A stretch of 64,000 nucleotides of DNA from Ramazzottius varieornatus (lineage: Eukaryota > Animalia > Tardigrada), in NCBI GenBank assembly GCA_001949185.1, contig BDGG01000001.1:310001-374000 (forward strand). Direction: 5' to 3'. Positions 60,927 to 64,000 of this stretch are shown one piece after another (position 1 is the first letter of the stretch; every line of letters begins with the position of its first letter). A model generated the notes under the pieces. That model did not search any database. It was not told the origin of the DNA and saw only the letters and a list, made by a program, of their open reading frames with translations. Made by a program: the position numbers and the translations under genes.

Positions 60927-62950
60927 ATCACATACCACGCTAAGTAAACGAAATGTTAGGCTCGAGATCACTACCCGCGAAGTGGGAGGTTACTCCATTT
61001 ACGGCGGGCTCGCCATTACGAAGGGTACCATTGAACATGATGCTTGCGACGGGGTGAAGCTTCGAGATCATCGAGGATTGCTTCGCACTATTGTTCATCC
61101 TTGTCCAGCGGACGAGATTCAGCCGCTGGACGTAGACTTGAGGCAGTTTGGATCGGCAGATTTTCTCTTTCAGCGGCAATATTCGGAAATGAACTGCCTC
61201 AACGGCCGGACTGACCAAAAGCGCGACGGTTCGACTTTTAAAATTATCTGGTGCCTTTTTTAGCTCAGTAGCTTTTTACGGAGCGGAAAAAATTGTAGAT
61301 GAATGATTTACTCATTCCACTCTTTTCTAAATTGTTTGCCATGGTACCAGACGTTGCTCTTTGGAGCAGAGGCTTTCTGTGCCAAGTTCCGCGTAATAAT
61401 TTACTTTGGTTTTACAGGAAAAACGTCGACTTTGTAGCGTCCAACGTCGTGCTGTCCCAGTTGTTAAAAATTCCGTTCAATGTCGATTTCAGCCATGGGT
61501 GTTGTTCAGGGATGGGTGTTCGGCGCAGCTCGTGTCAATGGCAAGATAAACATTGGACAAATCCACCGGCAAGGGCTGAACATGTTGGCTGTAATCAAAC
61601 AAGGTCAACAGCCCGATACAGGAATATGGACCGCAACAACAGTCCGGTACGCAGTATGCAGGTGTATTATTATAGTTATTCCCGACACTACGTGCAACGA
61701 CTTTGAATATAGCTTGATTGTTAAGCTGGAGCATGTACGTCAGGAATCTGACCATGGCGCGTTGTAACCATTGTCGAAGATTGACTAACGAAAGTTGGCG
61801 TGGACCGCATAAAGCATAAAGCATAAAGCGAGTGTTGATCCAGCCTTTTCCTGATGTTTGAAGGAATCGGCGATACGAAAGCTACATGTGCTACCAGAAG
61901 ATCGAAGGACGGAAGACGGGCGGATGTCAGCCACTGTATCCGTCGCGATTCCATCCGGTAGCCTACACCACACTCCGTGACATGCGAATGTTGATTGCGT
62001 CCAGCATTGACGCGGCAGACAGCACCATCGACGAACTCAAGCATTACCCGCAAAAATACGTGGACTTGGTTACAGTGCAAGCTGACGACCTGAAAAACCC
62101 TACTGAGCAGTACCGCTCTTCCGTCACACCTGTTTAATCAACGGCTTCATACAAGTCAATATACGAGCAAATGCTTAAGGCAATAGCTTGTCTGAAAAAC
62201 ATATTTCACTTCGCAGATACCAGTTGTGTCGTTGGTGGGCCAGAAATGCCCTGAATGGAGTTTGCTCAATCTGTGTGGCGGTGTACAAGCCTGGTAGCGA
62301 CAACACCTCGAGGCAGACTACCACCATTCGCGTTACTGACTTGCCGAAGAAAGCAAAGGTATTCCCTAGTCAGACGAAAACCGTTTGTCGAAGTGGGTTC
62401 ACGTCCCAAGAGTCAGAACTCAACTTCTGCTTTTGCGGTACATTCCTACACTGTTTGAAGATTTTATTCAAGAAAATACCAACTTACGATTAACCTTTAT
62501 GCCCATCGTCATGCTCAAAATTGGTAGTTATTTCCCGCGTGTCTGACCCGGGATTATGCTCGTCGCGTATTGACTCGCCTGACAGAAACTAGTTTCTGGT
62601 TGCTGATCTTTTGCTTTATACAGGCGCTTCAGGAAGCCAGTGGTGAAATCGGGAATATTTGGACAGAAAGTGCTTGCTTGAAGTTTCTGCACGGGCTGTT
62701 GACTTTCGTGAAGAAACAGGTCGTCGACGACCACACGAGGTACATATGCCATTGTCTAAGCCTTCCATACGGCCTGTTACGTTACAAGACCGTCAGTATT
62801 CTTTTACAGTGCCGTCTACGAATTCAAGCTTTTGCCGACCGGGGATTTTTGGTTCAGAAGCGGTTGAGCCGAATTGTGGTCAACCGAGTACCCGCGGCCA
62901 TGAGTGGCGGACACGATTACATTCCCGTCCGCAGCAGTAACGCGGCTTGA
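60927..62950 (+). CDS. DXO/Dom3Z/Rai1-family protein with a degenerate catalytic site; 5' end not defined; one 1-nt frameshift
   Basis: Spliced exons give REVGGYSI, DFVASNVVLSQLLKIPF, GWVFGAARVNGKINI, RRYESYMC, MLIASSIDAAD, YVDLVT, YQLCRWWARNALNGV and WTESACLKFLHGLLTFVKKQVVDD. These are collinear with DXO blocks (ELGCFSL, VTWRGHLTKLLTTPY, GWQLAASRFQGTLYL, GYKFEQYMC, LLFSGEVDC, YVELKT, HKLLKWWAQSFLPGV, WNPSVCMNF). Confidence 0.8.
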
Positions 62951-64000
62951 GCTCTATGCCAGAAGGTTCTTCTCCAACAACGCTCGCAAAGCTGCACAAG
63001 CAACTCCATGCTACCAGGCATTTAAACTTCTGTTTTACGACATTTTTTCTATTTCTCGTGACTTCATTTTTCCACAAGACCTTTGTTTTCCAAAATTTTT
63101 AAACGGTACTGTCGCACCGATAGGTGCTACTTTCCCAGTATATATGTGAAATCTTATGCTAGATTTAGCATATCGCATCATAAAATCGCATCATAGAATC
63201 GCATCATAAAATTACGAACCTTTGAACCTCTCTATACCGTTTGAATGAACCTACCGATATCTCTCCATCTCAACAACCAGGCCTGAAACAAAACCTTCTT
63301 GTTTAGCTGTAATTGCTGTACCATACCAGTCTTCCGCTGAGATACAGCCTGTCAAGGGCCCGATAACCGCTGGAAGACTTAGCGACAACAAATATGGTAC
63401 CACAGTAGATGAGTGACAGCCGTGTGGATAAAATTTACTGTAATGGGGCCTGCCCGGTATGTTTCTGGCAGCTTGGTATGTTCTTCTAAATAAAGGCGAA
63501 GAAACGCCGAAAATTTTCCCGGCTTTCCAGTTTGCAAACCTTACTTTCTACATACAGTAGCACAAGGCAAATTTACCGAACCACCGCGTTCTCCATTCCT
63601 TAGGTTTTCGAGAATGGGTTCATGAAAAGATGAAGATCTTTCCCCGTACATGGCCCGAACAAGATATCGTTCTTGAAGAAGTTGGCTATTATTCCGCATA
63701 TAGCGAGCTGGCTGGTGACAACTTTGAAATGCGCAAGGACCGTAGTCTGCTTCGTCAGAGGGCCATCCCCAGTCCGCCAGATGGCATTGTGCCTATCCAT
63801 CGCAGGCTACAGCATGTTCCAGCGGCCGAACTCGAGGCGCCACCAGCACCATTTCAAGGAGACGAAGCCATGGTTTGCCTCAACAGGTGGCTGGGTCTCC
63901 GCGTCCCAGACCTCAATCTGCAGTCATTCTGGTAATCCGCCCCAAACACTGGCTTTTTTCTACTTCTTCTCTGCGGTGCATGTAGCATACCGATTTTTTT

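Noticed and set aside
63630-63935. 101-aa ORF near the window end
   Set aside because: It may be a first exon of a gene continuing beyond the window, but no family motif was recognisable.

Overview
Eukaryotic (animal) genomic DNA with compact genes and short GT-AG introns. Gene content and architecture best fit a tardigrade such as Ramazzottius or Hypsibius; this is inference, not proven. No rRNA, tRNA or CRISPR array was seen. Host genes recognisable after manual splicing: a stanniocalcin-like Cys-rich secreted protein (frameshifted), an ANF/natriuretic-peptide-receptor-like single-pass receptor with no cyclase, FHIP2/FAM160B, an astacin metalloprotease, two CNRIP1 paralogues flanking a Ly6/three-finger-like gene, CFAP77, a signal-peptide LEA-like protein, an F-box pseudogene, a PHD-finger protein, two axonemal coiled-coil genes (DRC9-like tentative, ODAD1/CCDC63-like), the nuclear receptor PNR/Hr51 (NR2E3) and a DXO/Rai1-family protein with a degenerate active site. 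DNA transposons are abundant: a decayed CMC/EnSpm element with a BEN-like partner gene, an intron-containing piggyBac nested in a Tc1/mariner-type MITE, a full-length defective hAT and several MITE families. Two N gaps lie at 36351-36400 and 47141-48094. The three best leads are: (1) a hAT-type MITE caught transduplicating 142 bp of a host receptor gene, including a splice acceptor and exon start, into another gene's intron; (2) a Cutoff-like, probably catalytically dead DXO/Rai1 paralogue; (3) an ER/secretory LEA-like protein ending in a KDEL-like SGEL. All homology calls come from motif recognition by eye; no searches were run.
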